DNA of 61,438 bases, filler included, from an uncultured virus (IMG/VR IMGVR_UViG_2061766007_002631) (7 parts of one record of this genome joined end to end with filler, not necessarily neighbours in it); one strand, 5' to 3'. Positions 1-10,859 are shown, counted from the whole stretch's first letter. Translations and numbers: made by a program. Notes: generated from the letters alone by a model not told the origin.

Positions 1-158
1 GAGTCGGCCTCGCCGCTCTGAAGCTCGCCTGGCTGACCGGGCTCCAGCCGTTGAAGAAAGCGTGGGCGGGCCTGAAAATGTTCCTTGCCGACAGCTGGAC
101 GCTCATCGTNNNNNNNNNNAAATTGTGCAGAAAGTTAGAATCAATTGTGCAGAAGAAA

Positions 159-560
159 TTACTTCTTGCTTTTCTGAAGTATCTCTACGAATTGTGCCGG
201 AGTTACGACATATGGTTTTACCGGAAAATGACGTATGTTTCCGGTAACCAGCAAGGCATCTTCGGATTCCCTCTCCGACATCGTTACAGCATAGAAGCAA
301 CGGTCTTTTGGATCGGTGACTTCCGGATACTCCGAGGATGCATCGGCTATGTTCAAGCAACACGCAGCAAAACGTGTCAGAACAGATTCAGCTAATTCAG
401 CAGAGATTTTGAGCTTCTTGCGAGAAAGCACTTCCCGATATTCGGCAAGGATTTCGTCGTTTACAAGAGGGATGGTTTCCCCGTTGAGAACGGAAAGAAG
501 AACTGTCCCTGGATTTGAATTGAAATGCAGCAGAGCGGAAACCAGAACATTGGTATCGAT
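159..560 (-). CDS. PIN-domain toxin (VapC-like, type II toxin-antitoxin), 5' end lost in gap
   Basis: IDTNVLVSAL ... EILAEYREVL ... DPKD ... LLVTGNIRHFP, the acidic PIN motifs. Confidence 0.88.
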   Translation of the reverse strand: MDTNVLVSALLHFNSNPGTVLLSVLNGETIPLVNDEILAEYREVLSRKKLKISAELAESVLTRFAACCLNIADASSEYPEVTDPKDRCFYAVTMSERESEDALLVTGNIRHFPVKPYVVTPAQFVEILQKSKK

Positions 561-576
561 NNNNNNNNNNTATGAT

Positions 577-605
577 AATATAATGCACGACAAATCAAAA
601 TGCAA
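577..605 (-). promoter_or_regulatory. Sigma70-type promoter divergent from the tape measure gene, probably driving the toxin-antitoxin moron
   Basis: Minus strand reads TTGCAT-17 nt-TATATT. The -35 region is also present upstream of the tape measure copy at 41168-41225. Confidence 0.65.
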
Positions 606-658
606 GTAGAAAGAACGAAAAACCAGGTTTTTCTTTCAAACCAGACTGGAGATTATGA

Positions 659-735
659 ATGAGCACGGCAACGGGCGAAGTGAAGGCGGGACGCGCATAC
701 GTCGAAATCCTGCTTGACCAGACGAAACTGGAACG
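659..735 (+). CDS. Tape measure protein N-terminus (fragment)
   Basis: MSTATGEVKAGRAYVEILLDQTKLE, identical to the start at 21391. Confidence 0.85.
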
Positions 736-1307
736 NNNNNNNNNNNNNNNNNNNNNNNNNNNNNNNNNNNNNNNNNNNNNNNNNNNNNNNNNNNNNNNNN
801 NNNNNNNNNNNNNNNNNNNNNNNNNNNNNNNNNNNNNNNNNNNNNNNNNNNNNNNNNNNNNNNNNNNNNNNNNNNNNNNNNNNNNNNNNNNNNNNNNNNN
901 NNNNNNNNNNNNNNNNNNNNNNNNNNNNNNNNNNNNNNNNNNNNNNNNNNNNNNNNNNNNNNNNNNNNNNNNNNNNNNNNNNNNNNNNNNNNNNNNNNNN
1001 NNNNNNNNNNNNNNNNNNNNNNNNNNNNNNNNNNNNNNNNNNNNNNNNNNNNNNNNNNNNNNNNNNNNNNNNNNNNNNNNNNNNNNNNNNNNNNNNNNNN
1101 NNNNNNNNNNNNNNNNNNNNNNNNNNNNNNNNNNNNNNNNNNNNNNNNNNNNNNNNNNNNNNNNNNNNNNNNNNNNNNNNNNNNNNNNNNNNNNNNNNNN
1201 NNNNNNNNNNNNNNNNNNNNNNNNNNNNNNNNNNNNNNNNNNNNNNNNNNNNNNNNNNNNNNNNNNNNNNNNNNNNNNNNNNNNNNNNNNNNNNNNNNNN
1301 NNNNNNN

Positions 1308-1574
1308 TTGAGCGTCGCAACTCTTAAGGAAGCTTCTCTCGAAATCACCATCCTCTATGACACCGAGGACGAAGATTTTCTCGCGTTCAAGGAGGCTTAC
1401 TTCTCGAACACGCCGATCTCGCTGTTCGTGACGGACGGCGATACCACGGCACACGGACTGGATGCCGATTTCTCGGTTACGGGCTTCACGGTCGACCAGC
1501 CGTTGGAAGAGGCCGTCACCGTCAAGGTCACGGCAAAGCCGACTGCTTCCGACAGAGCGCCGGTCTGGGTGTGA
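1308..1574 (+). CDS. Major tail tube protein, C-terminal fragment
   Basis: LSVATLKEASLEITILYD...QPLEEAVTVKVTAKP...PVWV*. Overlaps the N-terminal copy at 43532-43837 and lies directly before the chaperone gene. Confidence 0.8.
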   Translation: MSVATLKEASLEITILYDTEDEDFLAFKEAYFSNTPISLFVTDGDTTAHGLDADFSVTGFTVDQPLEEAVTVKVTAKPTASDRAPVWV

Positions 1575-1582
1575 GGTGGACA

Positions 1583-2071
1583 ATGAAAACTTTCACCGAC
1601 AACAAGGGGCGCACCTGGACGCTCGAAGTGACCGTGGCGACCGTCAAACGTGTTCGCGCTCTGTGCAAGGTCGACCTCAACAGCATCGTGGAACTCGACA
1701 AGAACAACAAGCCGTCCGCCGAACTGCTCGAACGGCTCTCCTCCGACCCCGTCCTGCTCGTGGATGTTCTTTATGCCGTCTGCAAGCCGCAGGCGGACAA
1801 GCTGAACATCACTGATGAAGACTTCGGGGAAGCGATGGCGGGCGACGCCATCGAGCATGCGACCACGGCTCTTCTGGAGGAAGTCATCGATTTTTTCCCG
1901 GAGGCGAAGCGGCTCGTGATGCGGAAGATTCTGTCGGCCAGCCGCAAGTTCAGCGAAGCTGCTCGGAAGAAACTGGAGGCCGAGTTGAACGGAGAGTTCG
2001 AGAGCCGGGTGGTCTCCGAGCTGGATCGGTTGACCGGCTCATCTGGGACTGTGCCGGAATCTGCGGAGTAG
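1583..2071 (+). CDS. Tail assembly chaperone (lambda gpG-like)
   Basis: Complete ORF MKTFTDNKGRTW... between tube and tape measure genes, with GAGG RBS. Copies at 41929-42210, 44137-44445 and 44456-44731. Confidence 0.8.
   Translation: MKTFTDNKGRTWTLEVTVATVKRVRALCKVDLNSIVELDKNNKPSAELLERLSSDPVLLVDVLYAVCKPQADKLNITDEDFGEAMAGDAIEHATTALLEEVIDFFPEAKRLVMRKILSASRKFSEAARKKLEAELNGEFESRVVSELDRLTGSSGTVPESAE
1891..1897 (+). promoter_or_regulatory. Candidate -1 programmed frameshift heptamer T_TTT_TTC
   Basis: In-register X_XXY_YYZ. The -1 frame stays open into the gpT-like ORF. Conserved at 42103-42109 and 44311-44317 (minus). Confidence 0.65.
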
Positions 2072-2346
2072 ACCCGAACGGATTCACTCTCCGCGAGCTC
2101 GTCCGCATGACGGAAGCCCGCGGCAGATTCGAATGGGGGCAGACAGCCAGTCTGATGGCTCTGATCGCCAATGTTCTTCGTGATCCGAAGAAAAGCAGGA
2201 CCGTGAAGCCGAGCGACTTCAATCCGTACAACATAAAACAGAAAACGAAAGCGCCAGTCAGCATCCTGCGGGACATCTGGTGTCAGGAGACCAAGAATGA
2301 GCACGGCAACGGGCGAAGTAAAAGCGGGACGCGCATACGTCGAAAT
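1891..2346 (+). CDS. gpT-like part of the G-T frameshift chaperone (-1 frame)
   Basis: VDRLIWDCAGICGVDPNGFTLRELVRMTEARGRFEWGQTASLMALIANVLRDPKK...DFNPY, conserved in copies at 21043-21326, 41236-41564, 41575-41759 and 41770-42210. Confidence 0.75.
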
Positions 2347-2495
2347 NNNNNNNNNNCCCTTACAATGTGAAACCGAAAACGAAAGCGCCAGTCAGCATCC
2401 TGCGGGACATCTGGTGCAAACAGGATTCTGCACAATCCTGATACCGGATTAGGCAGGATGACACAATTCATTGTGCAGAATAGGAAAGGAACAAC

Positions 2496-3975
2496 ATGAG
2501 CACGGCAACGGGCGAAGTAAAAGCGGGACGCGCATACGTCGAAATCCTGCTCGACCAGACGAAACTTGAACGGGGGCTGAAGCAGGCCCAGCAGAAGATA
2601 AAGAGCTTCGGGTCGGCTCTGACGGGCATCGGAAAGAACATGCTCGCCGTCTCNNNNNNNNNNAGTTCTGGCTGCACCGATGGCATTCGCCACGAAAACG
2701 TTCGCCGACTTCGACGACGCCATGCGCATGGTCAAGGCCGTGTCAGGCGCGACCGAGGGAGAGTTCAAGAGGCTGACCGACGCCGCCGAGAAGCTCGGAC
2801 GCGAAACGTCGTACACGGCGAAAGAGGTTGCTGAGGGCATGACAGCTATGGGGCGTATGGGCTTGAAGCCNNNNNNNNNNTGCTCCGATGGCGTTCGCCA
2901 CGAAGACGTTTGCCGACTTCGATGATGCCATGCGCATGGTCAAGGCCGTATCGGGTGCGACCGAGGGAGAGTTCAAAAGACTGACCGATGCTGCCGAGAA
3001 ACTCGGACGCGAAACGTCCTACACGGCGAAAGAGGTGGCCGAGGGCATGACCGCTATGGGGCGCATGGGGCTGAAGCCGGACGAGATTCTCTCTGCTGTT
3101 CCCGCCGTCTTGAGCCTTGCCCGTGCTACCGGAACCGAGCTCGGAGCAGCCGCCGAGATCGCCTCCAACAACATGCGTGTGTTCGGCCTTGACACCTCGA
3201 AGATGGCGAATGTCGCGGATATCCTGACCGCGACAGCCAATGGATCGGCACAGACGCTGACCGACTTGGCTGAGGGACTGAAGATGGCGGGACCGCAGGC
3301 TGCGGCCGCGAACGACAACATCGTGAACGTCTCCGGCGCTCTTGGCGTCCTGGCGAACATGGGCATTAAGGGGAGCTTGGCTGGCACAGCCCTGCGGAAA
3401 TCCTACTCGCAGTTTGCGAAGACGAAGGTGCAGGACAAGCTCAAAGCCATTGGGGTCGCCACCACGGACGCAAACGGAAATCTGAGGTCGATGCCGGACA
3501 TCATCGCCGACATCGCGAAATACATGAACAAGCTCCCGACAGCCCAACGCTTGGGTTTTGCCGAGGAAATNNNNNNNNNNATGAGGGTGTTCGGCCTCGA
3601 CACCAGCAAAATGGCGAACGTGGCCGACATCCTGACTGCCACGGCGAACGGATCGGCACAAACGCTAACTGACCTTGCCGAGGGACTGAAAATGGCTGGN
3701 NNNNNNNNNNNNNNNNNNNNNNNNNNNNNNNNNNNNNNNNNNNNNNNNNNNNNNNNNNNNNNNNNNNNNNNNNNNNNNNNNNNNNNNNNNNNNNNNNNNN
3801 NNNNCGCGAAGACGAAGGTGCAGGACAAGCTCAAAGCCATCGGGATCGCTACCACGGACGCGAACGGGAATTTGAGGTCGATGCCGGACATCATCGCCGA
3901 CATCGCGAAACACATGAACAAGCTCCCGACTGCCGAAAGGCTGGGGTTCGCAGAGGAAATCTTCGATCTGCGCGG
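2496..3975 (+). CDS. Tape measure protein N-terminal fragments (several contigs from different copies)
   Basis: TP901-type core: FDDAMRMVKAVSGATEGEFKRLT...LANMGIKGSLAGTALRK. Confidence 0.9.
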
Positions 3976-4019
3976 NNNNNNNNNNNNNNNNNNNNNNNNN
4001 NNNNNNNNNNNNNNNNNNN

Positions 4020-4031
4020 TTAATTAATTAA
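4020..4031. other. Artificial six-frame-stop scaffold linker TTAATTAATTAA (also 9682, 10440, 14583, 44895, 48828)
   Basis: Identical 12-mer centred inside N runs six times. Confidence 0.95.
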
Positions 4032-4075
4032 NNNNNNNNNNNNNNNNNNNNNNNNNNNNNNNNNNNNNNNNNNNN

Positions 4076-5357
4076 AAACTATGCCCAGCCTGGCAACGAC
4101 CGGACATTTGTCCGGGCAACCACGGGAAGCGCCAGAATTCTGCACGTCTACGGCGACAGCGCGGTAATCCTGCTGGGATGCAACGGCGGTATGATGGCTC
4201 AGGACACTGAGTACAACGGGCCTTTCAAGGTCGAATACATTACCACTCTGCCCAATCGTGATATCGTCGTCAGTGTCCACCAGGGAACGATCCAGTTTGG
4301 GGCTGGTTCTACGGACTTTTTAAGAACATTCACCTATACTGGCGGCCTTGTGACGATCCCGTATGACACTGGCGGATATGTTTATCTGCAGGGGTATAAA
4401 ACCCGTGAATATGCTCATACGGACAGGGTATTTGTCGACTATATCATCAATGCGATTGGTTCAAGTGCCACCAATCAAAGCAGATTGAACGAATTCACGA
4501 CTCTCTTGGGCCGCTGCTACCGTGGCGGGACAGTCACTCAGGTTCAATCCGGCAACGTCATGATACCAACGTGTATCGGACCGGGGTCCGGCCTGCATTA
4601 CACGGCGGTCGGAAACAGTGGATATCATGGTATCGCTCTGAATCCGGCAATTTCATACAGCGCGGGCGGTGTCTGCGTGACATCAAGTCTTGTGAATCGC
4701 CCTGTCGGTGAATCCGATTATGTTCCGACCGCTCATGCAGTTGAGCAGTTCGTTTCAAGCTGTGTTATGGACAGATGCCGCAGCCTGATCAATGCAAACA
4801 ATCTTTATGATCCGTTCCAATATGAGTACGAACATTCCGATTTCTATCCTCCGTACAGACCGACCGTTACTGCGGATATAACGAGTTCGACCAGCGGGGC
4901 AGTCGTTCTGACAGCTTCCTTCACTGCTGATACCGAGAAAGGGGAGTATTCCAAAGACGGCGGTTCGACCTGGATTCCGTACCCGTCGAGCGGCGGAGTT
5001 TCCATAACTTCGAACGCCATCGTGTACTTCCGAGGCATCGATTCGAACGGAAACCAGTCGCCGGTGATGCAGTACGGCGTGAGCAACATCAGCCTGGAAG
5101 ATCCGCAGATCCCAACCATTTTTGCGAACACTACGTCTCCGACAACCGATCCGGTACTCGTAACGGCAAACTTTTACGGAGGCGGAATCAAAGCGAACGA
5201 ATACAGTCTGGACGGCGACACATGGACAAGATATCCGACCGGCGGGGTCAGGATGGAATCGAACGGGACGGTTTCTTTCCGTTCGGTCAACAGCGCAGGA
5301 CGCTCGGCATCCCGGTCCTACACGGTTACCAACATTGTCAGTTCATCCTCAACATAA
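4076..5357 (+). CDS. Tail-tip protein variant with two C-terminal Ig-like repeats (5' truncated)
   Basis: The start aligns with the tail protein at 28417-28656 (TFVRATTGSARILHVYGDSAVILLG vs IFVRASSGTAKILHVSGTTAVILLG). It ends in two ~80-aa repeats P.(V/I).A..T......V..TA.F......EYS.DG..W..YP..GGV...SN..V.FR. Confidence 0.7.
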
Positions 5358-5373
5358 AGGAGAAAAAGAATCC

Positions 5374-6658
5374 ATGCAGGAACACATCATCTATCTCGAC
5401 GCGCACGAATCGGTCGCAGTCGTGCGGGACGAGAAAAACATGAGGACGCTTCCGCCTCCCACGCTCGTGCGAGGGACGGCATGTATCCTCAAACTGCGAC
5501 TGTTTGCCGAGCGGATCGGCACGACCCCGTATCCCATCGCAAATCTCTATGATGTCGTGAGCTGGCAGTGGGCGATGGACTCGGACTTTTACGACCGCAG
5601 CCCATACAAGCTCGTCGGAGACAACCCGAACATCGAACTCAATTCCGTACAGGAATTTCGCGATGGAATCGGGCGCGTGTATACTCAGATTACAATCCCG
5701 ATGCCCTCAATGGAATCCAATGAACTTGCCCGGTGGCTGGGCTCGGAACCTGTTCGAGCTGGACTGACCGGGGAACTGACGGGCTTCGATGCCACTGGCT
5801 CCCCGATTTATATCCTGCAGATCGAGGGATTCAAAATCCGAAACCGCATCGTGTCCTCGGCGGCTTTGCCCACGTCCTCTTCGAGTGCTGTGTCGGGCGT
5901 CACGCTTGAACAAATCCAGCAAATGATCAACCAGGCCATCGTCAATGCAGGCGGGAACAGTTCTGGCGGGAACAACAGCTCCTCCGGCGACAGCGGAGGC
6001 AATTCGAGTTCCGGCAGTGGCGGAAACAACAGTTCGTCCGGCTCTGACGGAAATAATAGCTCCTCCGGTAGCGGCGGGCATTCCGGCGCATACGAGAACG
6101 AGACCGGCGGNNNNNNNNNNTGCCAATATCGAGCTCAATTCCGTGCAGGAATTCCGGGATGGCATCGGGCGGGTTTATACCCAAATCACGATTCCGATGC
6201 CCTCAATGGAAACCAACGAGCTTGCGCGATGGCTTGGCTCCGAGCCTGTCCGAGCTGGACTGACCGGGGAGCTGACCGGCTTCGATTCCACGGGGGCTCC
6301 GATCTACATCCTGCAGATTGAAGGCTTCAAGATCAGAAACAGAATCGTATCCTCTGCGGGGCCGACCACATCGTCTTCGGGTGCCGCGATTGCCGGTATC
6401 ACGATGGAACAACTCCAGCAAATGATCAACCAGGCAATCGTCAACGCAGGCGGGAGCAACAGCTCCTCCGGTTCTGGCGGGAACAACAGTTCCAGCGGCT
6501 CCGAGGGCAACAATTCGAGCTCCGGCACTGGTGGCAACAACACTTCCAGTGGTTCTGGCGGGAACAACAGCTCTTCCGGCTCCGCTGGCAGCTCCGGCGC
6601 GTATGAGAACGAGACCGGCGGCGCCATCAGCGAAGATATCACCTACGACATTCTGTAA
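5374..6658 (+). CDS. Tail/baseplate protein A with Gly-Asn-Ser linker (two overlapping copies, 5374-6110 and 6121-6658)
   Basis: AAGGAG RBS, MQEHIIYLDA..., ends GAISEDITYDIL*. Further ends at 6787 and 7728, always followed by fibre gene B. Confidence 0.7.
6450..6590 (+). repeat. 27-nt coding tandem repeat GGNNSSSGS (about 5 units; a different unit set at 5950-6075)
   Basis: GGSNSSSGS GGNNSSSGS EGNNSSSGT GGNNTSSGS GGNNSSSGS. Confidence 0.85.
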
Positions 6659-6829
6659 CCGCGCATATTGCGCACAAACCATTTTAACAGGAGGAATCCT
6701 ATGGCCAATCAAAANNNNNNNNNNGGCGCATACGAAAACGAAACTGGCGGAGCGATCAGCGAAGACATCACTTACGAGATCCTGTAACCGCGCATTCCAG
6801 CGCATAAACCATTTCAAAGGAGGAATCCT

Positions 6830-8833
6830 ATGGCCAATCAAAAGATTCAACTCAAGAGCGTGAACGGGAACAAACTTTTCCCCCGCACAAGCATCAACAA
6901 CATCGTTGGTGAGGACTTCACGACCGTCGTCAGCATCCCCGTGCTGGACGGTACCGGCAAAATCAAGGCTGAGAACCTGCCGAGTTTCGTCGATGACGTG
7001 ATTGAACTCATCGCGGTCAGCGAGACGGCTCCGGCATCCTGCGCCGCGGGTGACATGTACTTCAACTCCGGTTCCACGAACANNNNNNNNNNTTGTTCCC
7101 TCGTACAAGCATCAACAACATCGTTGGTGAGGACTTCACGACTGTCGTCAGCATCCCCGTGCTGGACGGCACCGGCAAGATCAAGGCGGAGAACCTGCCG
7201 AGCTTCGTGGACGACGTGATTGAACTCATCGCGGTCAGCGAGACGGCTCCCGCGTCCTGCGCGGCGGGCGACATGTACTTCAATTCCGGCTCCACCAACA
7301 AGAAGATCTACACCGCNNNNNNNNNNTGATTGGGGAGAATCCGTCTACGACAGTCCGTACAGCAACCGACAGGCGGCAGTGGATTCCGTTCCGAGGGAAA
7401 CCGTGGTAGAAACATATTATGACAATCCCGGCTTCCACTGTTTCTCTCGGATGTACGACGATGTCTGCGTGGATTTGGAATTGCGCCTTCCGATTTCGGT
7501 CGCTCCATACTACGAAGAAGAAATGCCCGATGAGCTCAAGCCGAAATCCGGATACCTGGTCGTCAATGTAGCCGACCCGTTCGTCGGAATATATGACCCG
7601 CTGAATGCCCCGGTCACGNNNNNNNNNNAGGGAACAACAGTTCCTCCGGTAGCGGCGGGCATTCCGGCGCATACGAGAACGAGACCGGCGGCGCAATCAG
7701 CGAAGATATCACTTACGACATTCTGTAACCGCGCATCCGTGCGCATAAACCATTTCAAAGGAGGAATCCTATGGCCAATCAAAAGATTCAACTCAAGAGC
7801 GTGAACGGGAACAAGCTTTTCCCCCGCACAAGCATCAACAACATCGTCGGTGAGGATTTCACGACCGTCGTCAGCATCCCCGTGCTGGACGGCACCGGGA
7901 AAATCAAGTCGGAAAATCTGCCGAGCTTCGTGGACGATGTGATTGAACTCATCGGTGTCAGCGAAACTGCTCCCACCAGCTGTGCCGCGGGCGACATGTA
8001 CTTCAATTCCGGCTCCACAAACAAAAAGATCTACACCGCCACCGCNNNNNNNNNNAACCGGCAAAATCAAGGCAGAGAACCTGCCGAGCTTCGTGGATGA
8101 CGTGATCGAGCTCGTCGCGGTCAGCGAAACGGCTCCCGCCAGTTGCGCCGCAGGCGACATGTACTTCAACTCCGGCTCTACGAACAAGAAAATCTACACC
8201 GCCACAGCGGCCAATACGTGGGGAACCACCGGCGTCGAACCCGAAAAGAGCAAAATTTACGTCAACATCGCCGACAACAAGACCTACCGCTGGTCTGGCA
8301 GCACGATGACAGAAATCGGCAAGCTGCCGGCCATCGCGACCACCATTCGCGTGTCCGGCACCGCTGACGACAATCATGTCGCGTCCGAGAAAGCTGTTCG
8401 CGATGCCCTCGTCGCCGCAGGAGCTTACACGCTCCCGGCTGCCACGTCGTCTGAACTCGGCGGTGTCAAGGTCGCCGCCGTTGCCACCTCTGGTCTGAAC
8501 AATGCGTCCGGGAGCATCAGCCTTGCCACAGCCAGTGCCTCCCAGCTCGGCGGCGTGAAAATCGGGTCGAACATTTCCGTCAGTAACGGCGTGATTTCAG
8601 TTGCCGAAAGTACCAATTCCCAGAAGGGTGTCGTCCTCACGAAAAGCACCGTTGACGGCAACAACACCTCCCTGTCCGCCACCGACTCCGCAGTCGGGAC
8701 TGTCCCGACCGTGTGGGCCGTTGAAACCGCCCTGAAAGCGAAACAGGACAAGCTCACTGCTGGTACGGGCGTCTCCATCTCGAACGGCACGGTCAGCGTG
8801 GCCGACACGGTCATCTACGAGGTCGTCTCCTGA
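6830..8833 (+). CDS. Tail fibre protein B (fragments of several copies; starts 6701, 6830, 7771; end 8833)
   Basis: MANQKIQLKSVNGNKLFPRTS...GKIKAENLPSFVDDVIE...KIYVN..YRWSG, YTLPAAT..LGGVK repeats, ends DTVIYEVVS*. Confidence 0.78.
7327..7618 (+). CDS. Hypothetical protein fragment (probably a tail protein)
   Basis: Open frame DWGESVYDSPY...DPLNAPVT across the contig; no recognised motif. Confidence 0.4.
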
Positions 8834-8849
8834 CCCCGAACGCTCCTGA

Positions 8850-8874
8850 ATCCGTCCGGCATCCGGCCGGACGG
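8850..8874 (+). terminator. Intergenic hairpin after fibre B (TCCGTCCGGC-ATCCG-GCCGGACGGA)
   Basis: Perfect 10-bp stem, same at 34379-34403, diverged version near 19808-19837. Weak or no U tract, so it may not terminate. Confidence 0.45.
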
Positions 8875-8996
8875 AACACATCCCACCNNNNNNNNNNCAC
8901 CAGGGGGTGCCAATACTATCCCTGGCACGGGCAGGTGAACAACTGTCCGGGGCATCAGTACACATGTGTGGACGCAAATGGAACCCNNNNNNNNNN

Positions 8997-9376
8997 GCGA
9001 GGCAGTCGCGGTTACCCCGAAGGGGCTGAAGACCGAGCTCGACAAAAAAGCGAACAGCTCCCACACGCACAACTACCAGGCCGTGCTTACGGCGGGGAAC
9101 GGCATCGCGATTTCGAGCAACGTGATCTCCGCCGACATCACCACCACGGCTTCGAACGGCGTCGCCCTCGCGTGGGATGGATCGACCGACAATGCGAAGA
9201 AGATCAAGGTCACGGCAACCGCCGCGACTGCTTCTGCTCGTGGCACGGTCATTCTGGCCTCCACGACTGAAGCGACCACCGGCACGGACACGGCGAAAGC
9301 CGTCACCTGCGCTGGCGTCAAGGCCGCGCTCGACAATCGGCTCGCGTCCTACATCACCTACGAGGAACTGGCTTAA
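8997..9376 (+). CDS. Tail fibre protein C, C-terminal fragment
   Basis: AVTPKGLK..LD.KA..SHTH and ATA...GTV.LA...EA..GT fibre repeats; ends ASYITYEELA*. Confidence 0.78.
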
Positions 9377-9491
9377 CACCCCAATGGGGTGACGAGCGGT
9401 GGTGTGCTACGCGACACCACGAAAAATCAATACATGCTGGGGGAGAGTTCGCTCTCCCCGGCATGTTTGAACTCAAATCGAAAGGTTTTCT

Positions 9492-9637
9492 ATGGCTGAG
9501 AATAAGAAAATCTTACTCAAGTCCTCGGCTGGAGATAACCTGTATCCACGGGCATCTCTCGACAATCTGGTGGATGTCGTCGGAGGAACGACAGCCGTGC
9601 AGGTCCCGACACTGGATTCCTCCGGGCATATCGAAAG
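9492..9637 (+). CDS. Tail fibre protein D N-terminus
   Basis: MAENKKILLKSSAGDNLYPRASLDNLV, same as the start at 17687 (minus). Confidence 0.75.
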
Positions 9638-9879
9638 NNNNNNNNNNNNNNNNNNNNNNNNNNNNNNNNNNNNNNNNNNNNTTAATTAATTAANNNNNNN
9701 NNNNNNNNNNNNNNNNNNNNNNNNNNNNNNNNNNNNNGACTCGGCCAGCCCGCCTGGTGGTACAGATGCTGGGAACTGGCCGGGCTTGACCTCAGGAACG
9801 CTTAACACACAGGAGGAAAAACATTGACTTCCATCGAAACCATCATTGAGCTGTACTATCAGGCTCAGANNNNNNNNNN

Positions 9880-10395
9880 AGGGTCGGGCGGTGCTTATGT
9901 AAGCCTCGGGCAAGGTGCCAGAATCGAGGGGCTCAAGGGCGAAGGACGTACAACGCCCTGCATCAACTTGAACAACCACTGGCTGAAGGCATCTGGCGGA
10001 GTTGCCGTAGAGAACGCTTTTATTTACAACGGTTTCAGCTACGATGATGAACCGATGTTCATGGGCGATATGAACCTGTCGAGCGTGACAATCGCCAACT
10101 GTTCGGCAACGCAGAGCGGCATGCTCATCCGCACCGAAGAAGGTGAAACGGCCAATCTCACGGACTGCGTGATTTCCGGCTATCATGATGACTGCAGGGG
10201 TGCTTTTGTTCAAATCGACGGGGAAAGCCGCCTCAACATGAGCCGTTGTTCTATCGTTGGCAATAGCGGCGGAACCGTTACCGAAGAAGGGCCGATGCAT
10301 TTGTATGGTTATACCACTGCCGATTCCTGCACGTTCGCAAGCAACGCAATTACTGCGTCTGCAGGCAAAAACACGCATGGCGGGGTGGCATGGAT
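9880..10395 (+). CDS. Right-handed beta-helix (pectin-lyase-like) fragment, probably part of a fibre tip
   Basis: Repeating L..(C/V).(I/F)..N patterns (LTDCVISG, MSRCSIVGNSG, SCTFASNA). Confidence 0.5.
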
Positions 10396-10495
10396 NNNNN
10401 NNNNNNNNNNNNNNNNNNNNNNNNNNNNNNNNNNNNNNNTTAATTAATTAANNNNNNNNNNNNNNNNNNNNNNNNNNNNNNNNNNNNNNNNNNNN

Positions 10496-10748
10496 CGAAC
10501 ACTTCTCTGCGTCGTTCACCCTGCGCTACGGCAAGACTTTGACCGCAATCACCCGCGACAACGTTGAGATCGAGCTTGCGGGGAAAGCCAATGCGGACGG
10601 AGTCCCGGCTTCCGATGCCAGCACCAATGTCGGCACTGACGGCAATCTCCGCGTCAAGATCGGTCGGCAGATCAACGGATATGCCGTTGACCTCGTGGAA
10701 GCCGGAGCAGATCCCGACAAGGTGGTCGATGCGCTGACCGACAAATGA
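10496..10748 (+). CDS. Phage lipoprotein C-terminal part (last late gene)
   Basis: ASFTLRYGKTLTAITRDNVEIEL...DKVVDALTDK*. Overlaps the N-terminal fragments at 11445-11701; second end at 15007-15060. Confidence 0.7.
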
Positions 10749-10760
10749 ACCATCTGGGTT

Positions 10761-10808
10761 CCCGCCTACGCCTCCGACTGGTCCCCAGCCATGCGCAACC
10801 TTGGCGGG
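10761..10808 (-). ncRNA. Candidate conserved structured element (three-stem hairpin)
   Basis: CCCGCC/GGCGGG here vs CCCGGC/GCCGGG at 14947-14994 is a compensatory change. Inner stems pair with G-U wobbles only on the strand antisense to the late genes. Confidence 0.4.
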
Positions 10809-10816
10809 CTTTTTCT

Positions 10817-10859
10817 TCCGTCCAGGTCTGACCTCGGTCAAGCCTGGCGGATTTTTTTT
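10817..10859 (+). terminator. Rho-independent terminator ending the late operon
   Basis: CCAGGTCTGAC-CTCG-GTCAAGCCTGG followed by a T8 run; homolog at 14901-14935 (minus). Confidence 0.75.

Noticed and set aside
4020..4031. Repeated palindromic TTAATTAATTAA
   Set aside because: Always centred in N runs, so it is an artificial linker with stops in all frames.
5950..6590. CRISPR array
   Set aside because: The only regular repeats are in-frame coding repeats without unique spacers, and there are no cas genes.
8898..8986. Isolated 89-nt contig with a Cys/His-rich frame
   Set aside because: Too short and unlinked to support any call.
10761..10808. Twister-ribozyme-like look on the sense strand (CCGCCUA...GGUCCCCAGCC...GGCGG)
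   Set aside because: It lacks the 3' GAGGG pseudoknot partner, and the second copy loses GGUCCC.
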